A stretch of DNA of 64,000 nt from Thermoanaerobaculia bacterium (GCA_035629395.1 DASPHZ010000014.1:5115-69114), one strand, 5' to 3'. Shown: positions 49,728 through 60,606, counted from the first letter of the stretch. Program-made: numbers and translations. Notes: generated by a model not told the origin, from the letters alone.

Positions 49728-52700
49728 ATGCGCACACGAAACGCCCTTGCAGCGCTCCTCACGTGCTGGCTTTCGCTCCCGCTCGTCGCCTCCGACCCGG
49801 TCGTCTTCAACGCGAAAACCGCCGATCCCGAAGCAGGCGTCATCATCGAGTTCCATGAGCCGCCGCTCCTCGCGCAGTCGCAGACGCGCGAAGCGCTGCG
49901 CTCGATGGAATCGCTCCACGACCGGCTCGAGCGCGACCTCGCCGCAATCGACACCCGCGTCGCGGCCAGCGCCGGATCGCGTGCACTGCGCTTCCGCTAC
50001 CGCCTCGCCTTCGCCGGCGCGAGCGCACGCGTATCGCGCACGTCCATCGCCGCCATTCGCGCGCTTCCCTACGTCAAAGCCGTGCACCTCGACCAGCCGA
50101 TGGAGGCGTACCTCGCGCAGAGCGTCCCGCGCATCGGCGCACCGAAAGTGTGGGACGAGCTCAACGTCCGCGGCCGCGGCATCGTCGTCGCCGTCCTCGA
50201 CACCGGCATCGACTATCGCCACCGCGCCCTCGGCAAGGGCTTCGGCCCCGGCTTCAAGGTCGCCGGCGGCTACGACTTTTTCAACGACGACGAAGACCCC
50301 ATCGACGACCACGGCCACGGCACGCACGTCGCCGGCATCATCGCCGGCACCGAGGCGCCGGTCCTCGGCGTCGCACCCGAGGCCACGCTGCTCGCGTACA
50401 AAGTGCTCGGGGATGAAGGCCAGGGAACCATGTCGACGATCATGGCCGCCGTCGACCGCACCGTCGATCCGAACGGCGACGGCGATCCCTCCGATCATGT
50501 TGACGTCGTCAACATGAGCCTCGGCGGCCCGCGCGTTCCGGACGATCCGCTCGTGCAGGCCGTCGAACGTGCGACCGCGGCAGGCGTCGTCTTCTGCATC
50601 TCCGCGGGCAATTCGAAGATCGCCGGCTCCATCCGTTCTCCCGGCCTCGCGCCGTCCGCGATCACCGTCGGCTCCACCGACGACAACGACCACACGTCGG
50701 TCTTCAGCTCGCGCGGTCCCGTCGGCGGCGAGTGGACGCTCAAGCCGGAAGTCGCCGCACCCGGCGAGAACATCATTTCGGCGAAGCGTCTCTCCGGCAC
50801 GATCACCGCGAGCGGGACATCCATGGCCGCGCCGCATGTCGCGGGCGTCGCCGCGCTCCTGCTCGAACACCGTCCGGAATGGACGCCGGCCGACGTCAAG
50901 GCCGCCATCGTCTCGACGGCGAAGCCCACCGCCGAGGCGGACACTACTCCCTCGATCCTCGGCGTCGGGCCGCGTCGACGCGCGACGTGCACTCGACGCC
51001 ACGATCCTCCCCTCCCCCGCCGCGATCTCGTTCGGCATCGTGGCGAAAGCCGGCCAGCCGTTCACGTCCACCCGCTCGCTGCGTTTCACGAATCGCGGCA
51101 AAGAGCCCGAGACGCTGACGTTCCGCGTGCCGCCACTGCCGAAAGGCGCGAAGCTCACCGTCACACCCTCCGAGCTGACCGTCCCCGCCGGCACGGTCAG
51201 CGAGGTCACGCTCACGCTGACGTTCGACCAGGCCACGCCCGAGCCGACGGAGAACAACGCGTCGTTCGCCGGCAGGATCGAGATCACGGGCTCCCGGTCG
51301 TCGCTCGTCGTCCCGTGGGCTGTCGTCAACGGCGACGTCCTCTCCCTGACGTACACCGGCAGCGACGACTTCGAGATCGCCGTCTACGCCTCGATCAATC
51401 TCTCGCCGATGTGGGTGGAGGGGCCGAAAACGTTCGGCACGTTCGCGGTCTACGCCGCGGACATCGCCATCCTCGACACGAAGTACGACACGGAGCCGCG
51501 GCTGATCATCCGCGAGCTCGAGCCCGTGCGGGGGTACACGCAGGTGACGATCTCGCCCGACGAGGCGAAACACCGGATGGTGTTCGACGGCGAAGACGTG
51601 CGCGGCGTGCCATTCGCGGACATGGCCTCCGACGAGAAGAACACGAGCCTCGTCACGCAACACTTCGTCTTCCCGACGGGCGGCCGCGTGCACATCCAGC
51701 ACGGACGCGGCAAACGCTCGATGCGCATCTCACCGCTCGCGAAAACCGATCTGCGCACGTACGAGGCGATGATCACGCCCGATGACGTGTACATGTCGAT
51801 GCGGCAGACGTGGTCGATCCAGGATGACGTCGGACTCGGCGCGCGAGCGAGCGACTGGGCGTCGCAGACCATCCACAACCGCTGCGAGACCGATTGCGTC
51901 GTCACGCTCGGTGCCGGCATCGGCGGCTTCGTCAGCCTCGGCTTCACGTGGTACTCGATGCCGAGCGGCGACCGCACGTGGAAACTGCATCTCACCGAGC
52001 CGCAGGTGCCGGACCGCGACTTCCGCGCACACGTGATCGTCCGCGAGACGACGGTGCAGCCGCACGAGCGCCTCGCCAACGTCTGGTCGTACATCACGTC
52101 GTCGCTGCGCAACAAAGGCGGACGCATCGCCGTCTCGCCGTCGAATCGCTCGACTCCTGCCGATTACTTCCCTCCCAGCTCGCACCATCCGCTCGCGTTC
52201 GCGGAAGGCCCCGTCGCACTCTGGATGGCGATGGGGAAAGACCGCTATTTCGAGATCCAGCCCCACGGACCGCTGGCGACCGGATACGGCGAGAACGCGC
52301 TGCACGTCAGTGCGAAGCGCTTCGACATGCAGGGCAACGAGGTCGAGCTGGTCCCCAACGACGTGCCGGGCCGGTACTCCTCGCGACGTGAGGTTCCGCA
52401 GGGACCGTATCGCCTCGAGGTCACCGACACGTATCGCGTCGCGGGCCTCCCCGGCCGTGTCAACGCGACCGTGCATTACGACTCGCGCACGCCCGGCATG
52501 CCGAGCCTGATGATGCTGCACGTCGAGGACGCGCACGGTCTCATCACCTCGACGGTGCCGAAGCGGACGCCCGCGCGCCTCTCATTCGCGGCGCGCGAAT
52601 GGACGTACCTCTCCACCGGCAATGTCTATCCGCGCATCGCGCCGGTCGACACATCGGCCACACGCGTGTGGTGGCGCCGCAGCGGCACGACCGAGTGGCA

Positions 52701-52932
52701 GCCGCTTTCCGTGACGATCACCGGCAGCGACCATGAATTCAACTTCGAGCTGAGCGGCTCGGCCGGCACGACGTACGTCGCCGACCTGACGAATGCGACC
52801 CTCGAGGAAGGCGCGATCGATCTGAAGATCGCGCTCAAAGGCGAGAACGGCGCGACGACGGAGAGCGTCTACGAGCCGGCGTTCCTCGTGACGCCACCGG
52901 GCGACAGCCGGCGCCGCGCCGTCGGAAAATGA
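49728..52932 (+). pseudogene. Secreted subtilisin-like S8 peptidase (~1068 aa with a long C-terminal extension) interrupted by a +1 frameshift at a GGG run near 50968-50975 (may be a sequencing error)
   Basis: The catalytic triad motifs VLDTGID, HGTHVAGI and GTSMAAPHVAG are in frame 0. After ...ILGVG the protein continues in frame +1 as RVDARRALDATILPSPAAISFG.... Removing one G from GTCGGGCCGC restores GVGRVDA. Confidence 0.7.
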
Positions 52933-52941
52933 TTTTGCTTT

Positions 52942-52975
52942 CCATCCTCTCCCCGCCATTGCGGGGAGAGGATGG
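52942..52975. terminator. REP-like palindromic hairpin CCATCCTCTCCCCGC-cattg-GCGGGGAGAGGATGG after the S8 peptidase gene
   Basis: A 15-bp perfect inverted repeat, read directly. Confidence 0.55.
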
Positions 52976-53057
52976 GCCTCACCCGCGCTGTTCCTGCGTC
53001 TCCTGATCTTTTCAGAAGAAACACATCGGCGGCGCGAGCGCGGCGTAGGCTGCTCCC

Positions 53058-53672
53058 ATGCAGCTCCTCGCCGCGATTGCGCTCGCCGCGGCCGTCACGC
53101 TCGCACCCGACGGCCCGCCGCCGCGCGTCCTCGAAGAAGACATCACCTTCGATTGCCGCTCCTGCGGAGCCGAACAGCCGCAGACCATCTGGGACGAGCC
53201 GACCTGCGACGAGCTCGACCTCGACGAAGCGCTCATCGAGGCGATGCATCGCGGCGACCGTTCCGCCGTCGCGCTTCTGCAGCGCCGCCACGAGACCGCG
53301 TTCACCGTGCAGCAGAGAATCGACCTCGCCGCCGCGCTCCTCGGACAGGTCGCTGACGATCGCGATTACTGGAAGGAGCTGTTCGCGCTCGCCCAGATCG
53401 CCGTTCGCGGCCAGTTCGCATCGGAGCCACACGAGACGCTCGCCTTCCGCGCGCTCTCCAACATCAGCAACGACCGCCGTGCCCGCCCGCTGCTGCTCGA
53501 CGGCCTGCGCAGCGAGAACCTCGACGTGATCCTCGCCTCGACCTCCGGCCTGTCGTTGCATCGCGACGCGCGCGACCTGCAGGCGATTCGCGACGCACTC
53601 GAAGGACGTCCCGGCATGGAATGGGTGATCGAAGACGCCGTCCGGCTTTTCGCGCTCGAGCCGAGTTGGTAA
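53058..53672 (+). CDS. Hypothetical exported protein (204 aa, Cys pair CRSCG...TCDELD near N-terminus)
   Basis: Signal-like MQLLAAIALAAAVTLA and coding periodicity. I recognise no family. Confidence 0.45.
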   Translation: MQLLAAIALAAAVTLAPDGPPPRVLEEDITFDCRSCGAEQPQTIWDEPTCDELDLDEALIEAMHRGDRSAVALLQRRHETAFTVQQRIDLAAALLGQVADDRDYWKELFALAQIAVRGQFASEPHETLAFRALSNISNDRRARPLLLDGLRSENLDVILASTSGLSLHRDARDLQAIRDALEGRPGMEWVIEDAVRLFALEPSW

Positions 53673-53872
53673 CCAAACCTCACCTTCCGCGATGCCGGCC
53701 GTACGCTGCCTCCATGCAGCGCCGAAGCGCGCGACGCGCAGAACGCCGTCCGCGGCCGCTTCGAGTCCGGAAAGACGAGCGCGATCTCGCGCCGATTCAC
53801 AAAGAGCCTCGAGGGCCCCTGCCATGAACCCGGGCCGATCGACGGACACCCCTTACAATCGGCGCAATCCGC

Positions 53873-55510
53873 ATGCGCCGTCTCCTCCTCATCGTCGCGC
53901 TCGCGACGAGCCTGCACGCGCAGGACTCCGTCCGCACACTCCTGCAACGGGGCATCGCGCACGAAGAGGCGGGCCGGCCCGCCGAAGCGGCACGCGCATA
54001 CAACGCCGCGCGCACGGAAGCGGAGCGCACCGACGACCGCGAAGGTGTCGCCGAAGCGCTGACGCTCCTCGGCTACGTCCACTACTACCGCGGCGACATG
54101 AACGAAGCGCTCGTGAATCTTCAGCGCGGCTACGACCTCGCACAGCAGAGCGGCAGCGAGCGCGTGCAGCGCATGACGCTCGAGCACATCGCGCATGTCT
54201 ACGCCGACACGAAAGTCGCGCAGTACGACCGCGCCATCGACTACTACCGCCAGCTCCTCGCGCAGTACGAGGCCGTGAGCGATACGGCGCTCGTCGCCGA
54301 CACGCTCTTCAACATCGGCAGCACGTACGAGCGCAAGGAGGATTTCGAGTCCGCCCTCGCGTGGTATCGGCGCGCGCTGGTCGCCGAGGAGAAGCTCGCA
54401 CGCGTCGACGAAGCGGCTTTCGTGAAGCGGTCGATCGGCGCGACCCTCGGCAAGCTGGGACGGTATGCCGAGGCGCTGCCGGTGCTCGACGAGGCGCTGC
54501 GCGTGTTCCTCAGGGACCAGCATCCGGAGCGCGAGATGATGGTGCGCCAGACGCGCGGCATCGTGCATCGCCGCGCCGGAAACGTCTCCGCGGCGATCGT
54601 GGACCTCGAGGCGACGCGCTCGTATTTCCGGCAGCAGAAAAACGTCCGCTACCTCGAAAAGTCCGAAGAGGAGCTGGCGCTCGTCTATGCGGCGGCGGGA
54701 CGGTGGCACGATGCGTACGACGCGAGCACGCGGAGCGCCGCACTGCAACGCGAGCTCGCCGCGAAACTGCGTGAAGAGCACAGCTCGCGGCTGCGCGTGC
54801 AGTTCGACGCCGAACGCAAGGAACAGGAAAACCGCGCACTCCTGCGCGACAAGGAGGCGGCCGCGCGCATCGACCGCCTGCAGCGCATCATCCTGATTCT
54901 CGGCGCCGCCATCATCGCCGTACTCGCGTACCTGATGTTCCGCCTGGCGCGCGAGCGGCGGCGCATGCGCGAGATGGCGATGACGGACGAGCTGACGCGC
55001 CTTCCGAATCGCCGGCATTTCTTCGCCGTCGCGGAACAGACCGGCGGCCCGCTCGCGCTCCTCGCCTTCGACATCGATCACTTCAAACGCGTCAACGATA
55101 CGTGGGGCCACGCGGCAGGCGACGTCGTGCTGCAGCGCGTCGCGCATGCGTGCCGTGCGGCGCTGCGGCCCGGCGACACGATCGGACGCACCGGCGGTGA
55201 AGAGTTCATGGTCCTCCTCCCCGCGACGAACGAGGACGCGGCGGTGCACGTGGCCGAGCGTCTGCGCGCTGCCGTGGAAGCGCTCGACTTCGCAGAGATC
55301 GATGCGGAGATGCGCGTCACGATCAGCATCGGCGCCGCCGAGCGCACGCGCGACGAATCGTTCACCCGCCTCGCCGCGCTCGCGGACGAGCTCCTGTATC
55401 GCGCCAAAAACGCGGGCCGCAACCGCGTCGTGGCTACAACTGCCCCAGCAGAAATTCGAGCCGCGTCCGATAGCGCCGCGACAGCGGCACATGCGTCACG
55501 CCATCGCTGA
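53873..55510 (+). CDS. Periplasmic-TPR / transmembrane / GGDEF diguanylate cyclase (active-site variant GGEEF)
   Basis: Signal peptide, TPR repeats, TM helix (IILILGAAIIAVLAYLMF). GGDEF domain: RLPNRRHF, DIDHFKRVND, GGEEF, LYRAKNAGRNRV. Confidence 0.8.
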   Translation: MRRLLLIVALATSLHAQDSVRTLLQRGIAHEEAGRPAEAARAYNAARTEAERTDDREGVAEALTLLGYVHYYRGDMNEALVNLQRGYDLAQQSGSERVQRMTLEHIAHVYADTKVAQYDRAIDYYRQLLAQYEAVSDTALVADTLFNIGSTYERKEDFESALAWYRRALVAEEKLARVDEAAFVKRSIGATLGKLGRYAEALPVLDEALRVFLRDQHPEREMMVRQTRGIVHRRAGNVSAAIVDLEATRSYFRQQKNVRYLEKSEEELALVYAAAGRWHDAYDASTRSAALQRELAAKLREEHSSRLRVQFDAERKEQENRALLRDKEAAARIDRLQRIILILGAAIIAVLAYLMFRLARERRRMREMAMTDELTRLPNRRHFFAVAEQTGGPLALLAFDIDHFKRVNDTWGHAAGDVVLQRVAHACRAALRPGDTIGRTGGEEFMVLLPATNEDAAVHVAERLRAAVEALDFAEIDAEMRVTISIGAAERTRDESFTRLAALADELLYRAKNAGRNRVVATTAPAEIRAASDSAATAAHASRHR

Positions 55511-55722
55511 GCAGGAGGTCGCTCGTGCAGCAGGACGCGTACGCGAAGGCGAACGTGTCGCCGTAGCCGAGGAGGTTCAGCGGGAGGTCACGGCGAAAGG
55601 GGTCGCGGAGCAGAAAGTCCCGGAGCGCACCGCGCGTCCACGGCTCGACCACTTCCTGCAGAAACGCGAACGCGGGAACGAGCAGCGACGCCGCGACGAT
55701 CTGCATCCGGGTCCACCTCGCT

Positions 55723-56250
55723 TCATCGTGCCCCTTCCACCTGCGACTCGAGATACACCGGATCGTTCGACGCGTTGTCGATCATCGACGCGAACGCGAG
55801 GAACGGGGCCATGCTCCCGCTCTCGATCGCAATCCATCCCTCGCCCGTGAAGCCGGGGAACATCGCCGCCACCGATCCCTGCACGAACGCGAGCGGCGGC
55901 AGGCGCTGCTCGTACACGCCGCGCTCGCCCGACGCGTCGTGCAGGCGCAGGCGCAACGTCGTCTCCGCTTGCTCCGACGCGTTCAGCAGACCGACGTTCG
56001 TGCGGAACGCGCCGGTCTGCCGGATGCCGGTGAGGAACACGCGATCGTCCGGCCCATGCAGCGACTGCGACGGCACGCCCGGCACGAGCTGGCCGTACGT
56101 CTTCCCTTCCGCGTCCGTCGTGAAGACGCGCGCCCGCGCGGTGATCCTGCGGCAGTCGGCGTCGCACTGCGTGCAATCGCTGCCTTCGCGACACGCGAAC
56201 AGCATCACGAACCCGATGCGCACGTCGTCGTTGCCGAACAGCGTCCGCAT
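55723..56250 (-). CDS. Hypothetical protein (start uncertain; could extend to 56325)
   Basis: Coding-like composition (…VFLTGIRQTGAFRTNVGLLNASEQAETTLRLRL…); no family recognised. Confidence 0.35.
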   Translation of the reverse strand: MRTLFGNDDVRIGFVMLFACREGSDCTQCDADCRRITARARVFTTDAEGKTYGQLVPGVPSQSLHGPDDRVFLTGIRQTGAFRTNVGLLNASEQAETTLRLRLHDASGERGVYEQRLPPLAFVQGSVAAMFPGFTGEGWIAIESGSMAPFLAFASMIDNASNDPVYLESQVEGAR

Positions 56251-56263
56251 GAGGTCCGGCAGA

Positions 56264-56871
56264 TGACGGCGCTCGCCGGGCGCGAACGCCGGCAGCTTCA
56301 CCGCCACGACGCGGGCGGCCATCATTTCGATCCGCGCACGGTCGAGCTGCGGTTCAACATTACCGGCGAGAACGGCATCTTCCTGCCGCTGGTCTTCGAT
56401 CTCGAAGCGGGAGTGCTGCACTGGCTCGACCTGCAGTCGCGCGGCGAGCTGCATCTCAACAACGTCGAGACCTCGAATCGCGCCATCACCGCGCTCTGCC
56501 CGCGGCTCATCGCGTATTTCGAGAGCGGCACGCGCCCCTCGATGTTCGACCTGGGACTGAATACGGCCCACGCTCGCGGCGAGCGATCTGCTCTCCGCCT
56601 GACTCGTCTATACTTCCGCCCGTCCATGAAGACGTCGTTGCTTCCTGCAGATACCGTCCGGGAGAAACTCGGCCATTACCTCGGGCCGTTCACCGCCAAA
56701 AACGCCGTGCAGCTCGCCGCCAAACAGAGCGCGGGCACCGACGCGGACCGGGTCACGCGCGCGCAGATCCCCGCGCTCGTCGAAGCACTCGGCCCCACCC
56801 TCCGCACGCTCCTCGGCAAGAGCACCGCCGACAAAGTCGCGGAAGAGATCAGGCGCGAGCTGGCGGTCTGA
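56264..56871 (+). CDS. Hypothetical protein (start uncertain)
   Basis: Good coding periodicity through 56330-56870 (…LRFNITGENGIFLPLVFDLEAGVLHWLDLQSRGELHL…KVAEEIRRELAV). Its 5' region competes with the minus-strand ORF. Confidence 0.4.
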
Positions 56872-56875
56872 GGGC

Positions 56876-57637
56876 ATGCAGCGACTGATTCTCGTCCCCC
56901 TCGCCGGCGCCGTGCTGGCCCTCGCCTCGATGGCGCTGGGCGCGGACGCCGCGCCGCAGTTCCTCCGCGCGCTGCTCGTGGCGTCGCTCCTCCTGATGGC
57001 GGGGAGCGGCTTCCTCACGGCCGCGCGCTTCTCGGCCGGCGATCGCCTGCTGCTCTCGTGGTTGCTGCTCGGCGCGGGCTATCTGTTCTCCGCCGTGCGT
57101 CACGGCACGCGCCTCATCGCGTACTTCGAGCCGTCCATCGCGCTGCCGCCGGCGGTCAACACGATCCTCGTCATCGCGCAGAACGTCGCCATCGCGCTCG
57201 CGCTGCTGCTGTTCGTGCTCGCGTGGCGCGCGACCGGCCTCACCGCGCCGGTGTCGCGACAGGCACAGCTCCTCTCCATCGCGGCCGGCATCACCCTCGC
57301 CGTCCTCGCCGGTGGCTACCCGCTCCTCCAGGGCCTCGGCACGACGGACACGAACCCGATCCTCCTCGTCTCGACCGCCGGCGACATCGTCGGCCTCGCG
57401 CTCATCGTGCCGCTCGCGCTCTCCGCATTCGCCATGCGCGGCGGGCTGCTCATGCACACGTGGGTCTATCTCGCCGCGAGCGAAGTGGCCTGGCTGCTGT
57501 ACGACGTCTGGTGGGCCTTCGAGCCGCGCATCCAGCTTGCGGAGAACGTGAACACCGCGATCTTCGAGGCGCTGCGCATCGTGGCCATCCTCTGCGCGTT
57601 CACAGCCTCGGCCGCGCAGCGGCGCGCGATGCGCTGA
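56876..57637 (+). CDS. Integral membrane protein, 6-7 TM helices, family unknown
   Basis: Hydrophobic helical stretches throughout; 253 aa. Confidence 0.55.
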   Translation: MQRLILVPLAGAVLALASMALGADAAPQFLRALLVASLLLMAGSGFLTAARFSAGDRLLLSWLLLGAGYLFSAVRHGTRLIAYFEPSIALPPAVNTILVIAQNVAIALALLLFVLAWRATGLTAPVSRQAQLLSIAAGITLAVLAGGYPLLQGLGTTDTNPILLVSTAGDIVGLALIVPLALSAFAMRGGLLMHTWVYLAASEVAWLLYDVWWAFEPRIQLAENVNTAIFEALRIVAILCAFTASAAQRRAMR

Positions 57638-57677
57638 CCGAGAACCCGCCGCGCCGCGCGCCGTATCACCACGCATC

Positions 57678-59207
57678 GTGAACGTACGGCCGCTCGCAGT
57701 CCTCCTCGCCGCCGCCACACTCGCCGCATGCCGCCACGCGCGTCCCGAGGCCGATCCGCTCGCGCAGTTGCCCGCGACGATCGAGTCGACGCGCGCCGCG
57801 CTGCGCATTCCCGGACTCTCCGTCGCAATCGTGCGTGACGGCGAGATCGTCCTCGCGCGCGGCTTCGGAATGGCCGATCCCGCGAAGAACGTCGCCGCCG
57901 GTCCGGAGACGCTCTATCCGATCGGCTCGATCACGAAGACCTTCACGGCGACGCTGATGCAGCAACTCGCCGAAGAAGGCCGCCTCGATCTCGATGCGGA
58001 GGTGCGGGGCTTCGTCGACTGGGAAGTCGCGCCGGGCATCCGCATCCGCCACGTGCTGTCGCACACGTCCGAAGGCGTGCCGGGCACGCGCTTCTCGTAC
58101 AGCTCGCGCTTCAACTGGCTCGACAACGTGGTCGAAGCGGCGACGAAGGAAAGCTTCCGCACGCTCATGACCACGCACGTCCTCGAGCGGGTCCAGCTCC
58201 GCGACACGCTCCTCGGCGAGGAGCACGAAGGCTACGCCGAAAGTCTTCCCGCGCTCGCCGCGCCGCATCGCGTCGACGGGAAGGACGTCGTGCGCTCCAG
58301 GTACCCGCCGATGGCCTTCCACTCCTCGTCCGGAATTTCGTCCACCGTCACCGACCTCGCGCGCTACAGCATCGCGCTCGATGAAGGACGACTCCTCTCC
58401 CCCGCGGCACTCGAGCGCGTGTGGACGCCGGTGACCGCGCCGAACGGCAACGCGTTCCCGTACGGCGCCGGCTGGTTCTCGCAGACGGTTGCCGGCGAGC
58501 GCGTGGTGTGGCACACGAGCTGGTGGCCCGATGCCTACTCCGGCCTGCTCGTGAAAGTGCCGTCGCGCAGACTCGCGCTGGTGCTGCTCGCGAACAGCGA
58601 CACGCTCGTGTCGCCGCAACGCGGCTCGTCGAACGTGCTGCTCTATCCGATCGCCAACGCCTTTCTGCACGCGATGCTCGGCGGCGAGCAACCGTTTCGC
58701 GGCACCGCGCTCGTCGCGCAAAGCCTGATCGCCACCGCGAATGGCGACACCGCGCGCCGCGATGCGCTGCTATCCGAAGCGATGGCGTGCTGCGCGGGCG
58801 ACCTCGCGGGCATCGGCGATGACGATCGCCTGCGCCTGTTCGCGGCGAGCGACGATCCCGCGGTGCGCGCGCTCGCCGTCGAAGCCGGCCAACGCCTCGC
58901 CACCGCGTTCCCCGAGAACCTCGGCATCCAGTTCGACGTGGCGCTGCTGCGCGGCCGCGTGCGTCCGTCGATGCGCATCAACGGCGACGACGCGCAAGGC
59001 GCCGTGGCCGCGCTCGACCAAATCGCCGCGAGCACGCAGGCGAAGCCGAAGTGGATGGACGCGTGGAGCCACTACCTCGTCGCCGAGCACATCGCCGCGA
59101 CCGAGCCGGAGCGTGCGAAGCTGCTCGCGAATCGCGCACTGGCCACCGGCGTCGACACGGACGGCCTGCGCCGGCGCGTCGAGGAGCTCCTGCAGAAGCT
59201 GCCGTGA
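57678..59207 (+). CDS. Serine hydrolase lipoprotein of the class-C beta-lactamase/esterase family
   Basis: Lipobox LAAC; SxxK as PIGSITKTF; YxN-like and downstream motifs; 509 aa with a C-terminal extension. Confidence 0.75.
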   Translation: MNVRPLAVLLAAATLAACRHARPEADPLAQLPATIESTRAALRIPGLSVAIVRDGEIVLARGFGMADPAKNVAAGPETLYPIGSITKTFTATLMQQLAEEGRLDLDAEVRGFVDWEVAPGIRIRHVLSHTSEGVPGTRFSYSSRFNWLDNVVEAATKESFRTLMTTHVLERVQLRDTLLGEEHEGYAESLPALAAPHRVDGKDVVRSRYPPMAFHSSSGISSTVTDLARYSIALDEGRLLSPAALERVWTPVTAPNGNAFPYGAGWFSQTVAGERVVWHTSWWPDAYSGLLVKVPSRRLALVLLANSDTLVSPQRGSSNVLLYPIANAFLHAMLGGEQPFRGTALVAQSLIATANGDTARRDALLSEAMACCAGDLAGIGDDDRLRLFAASDDPAVRALAVEAGQRLATAFPENLGIQFDVALLRGRVRPSMRINGDDAQGAVAALDQIAASTQAKPKWMDAWSHYLVAEHIAATEPERAKLLANRALATGVDTDGLRRRVEELLQKLP

Positions 59208-59241
59208 ATTTTGTCCGCGCCGCGCGCGGTTTTCCGTCGCG

Positions 59242-60582
59242 ATGCTGACTCGGCGGACGATGATCCGGACGACGGCCGCCGCGTTCGCGGGGCTCACCGC
59301 CCTGCGTGCACGCGCGGACTCCGTGCCCTCGCCGTACGGCGCGCTCACGCCACGCGCCGCGGAGAACGCGAACGAATTCTTCCTCGCGCTGCCGCCAGAC
59401 TTTCGCTACACCATCCTCAGCCGCGCGGGCGATCTCATGGAGGACGGGACGCCGTCGCCGCGGTTCCCGGACGGGATGGCGGCGTTCGGCGTGGGCAGCG
59501 AGCTGCGGCTCGTCCGCAATCACGAGATCCTCGACGTCACGCTCGCGCTCGTGCCGGGACGTTCGTCGTACGACGCGCTCGCCGGCGGCGGCACGACGAC
59601 GATCGTCGTCGATCCGCGGTGGCGCGTGCCGCTGCGGCAGTTCGTGAGCCTCAGCGGCACGTCGACGAACTGTGCGGGCGGGCCGACGCCGTGGGGCTCG
59701 TGGATCACGTGCGAGGAGACGACGCGCGGCGAAGGCGACGGCTTCACGCGATCGCACGGCTACTGCTTCGAAGTCCCCGCCGCCGCGGACACGCTCGTGC
59801 CTGCCCTCCCGCTCCCCCACCTCGGACGCTTCGTGCACGAAGCCGCGGCCGTCGATCCGCGCACCGGCATCCTCTATCTGACGGAAGATCAGGAGCAGGC
59901 CGGCCTCTATCGCTGCGTGCCGAATCGCCCTTTCGAGCTCGCGTCGGGTGGACGACTGCAGATGCTCGCCGTGCGCGATCTCGCCGCGTTCGACGGCGCG
60001 CAGGGACAGACCGTGGGCACGCGTCTGCCCGTGTCGTGGGTGGAGATCGCCGATCCCGATCCCTCGGACGCGGAGACGAATCCCGGCGCCGTCTTCGCGC
60101 AGGGACGCGCACGCGGCGGCGCGCAATTCCGCCGTCTCGAAGGCGCGTGGTTCGGCAACGGCAGCCTCTTTTTCGTCTCGACCACCGGCGGCGCGAACGC
60201 CATCGGACAGGTGTGGCAGTACCGAGCGCGCATCGCCAGACGCCGCGCCGTCGGCGCGCAGCAAAGTGGATCGTGGGACGGCGATCTCACGCTGCTCTTC
60301 GAATCGCACTCCGCCGAGGAGGCGCGGATGCCGGACAACCTCACCATCACGCCCCGCGGCTCGCTGCTGCTGTGCGAGGACAACATGGTCGCGAATCACC
60401 TGCACGGACTCACGCCGCACGGCGACGTCTTCCCGTTCGCGCGCAACATCCTGCGCGGCAATGAGGAAAGCGAGTTTGCCGGCGCGACGTTCAGTCCCGA
60501 CGGCGAGACGCTGTTCGTCAATCTGCAGCGCGCCGGCGTGACGCTCGCGATCTGGGGTCCATGGCAGCGCGGTCCGCTCTGA
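59242..60582 (+). CDS. Tat-exported DUF839/PhoX-like beta-propeller protein
   Basis: Twin-arginine signal MLTRRTMIRTTAAAFAGLTAL; resembles the PhoX/DUF839 family (…LCEDN… region). Confidence 0.55.
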   Translation: MLTRRTMIRTTAAAFAGLTALRARADSVPSPYGALTPRAAENANEFFLALPPDFRYTILSRAGDLMEDGTPSPRFPDGMAAFGVGSELRLVRNHEILDVTLALVPGRSSYDALAGGGTTTIVVDPRWRVPLRQFVSLSGTSTNCAGGPTPWGSWITCEETTRGEGDGFTRSHGYCFEVPAAADTLVPALPLPHLGRFVHEAAAVDPRTGILYLTEDQEQAGLYRCVPNRPFELASGGRLQMLAVRDLAAFDGAQGQTVGTRLPVSWVEIADPDPSDAETNPGAVFAQGRARGGAQFRRLEGAWFGNGSLFFVSTTGGANAIGQVWQYRARIARRRAVGAQQSGSWDGDLTLLFESHSAEEARMPDNLTITPRGSLLLCEDNMVANHLHGLTPHGDVFPFARNILRGNEESEFAGATFSPDGETLFVNLQRAGVTLAIWGPWQRGPL

Positions 60583-60606
60583 CGGCGTACCATTTCCAGC
60601 TCACGC

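Noticed and set aside
44909-51356. Long minus-strand ORFs 44909-46144, 47635-49506, 49158-51356
   Set aside because: All are antisense to well-supported plus-strand genes (secreted FN3 protein, M13 peptidase, S8 peptidase).
53366-55492. 708-aa minus-strand ORF
   Set aside because: Antisense to the TPR-GGDEF gene; Arg-rich nonsense.
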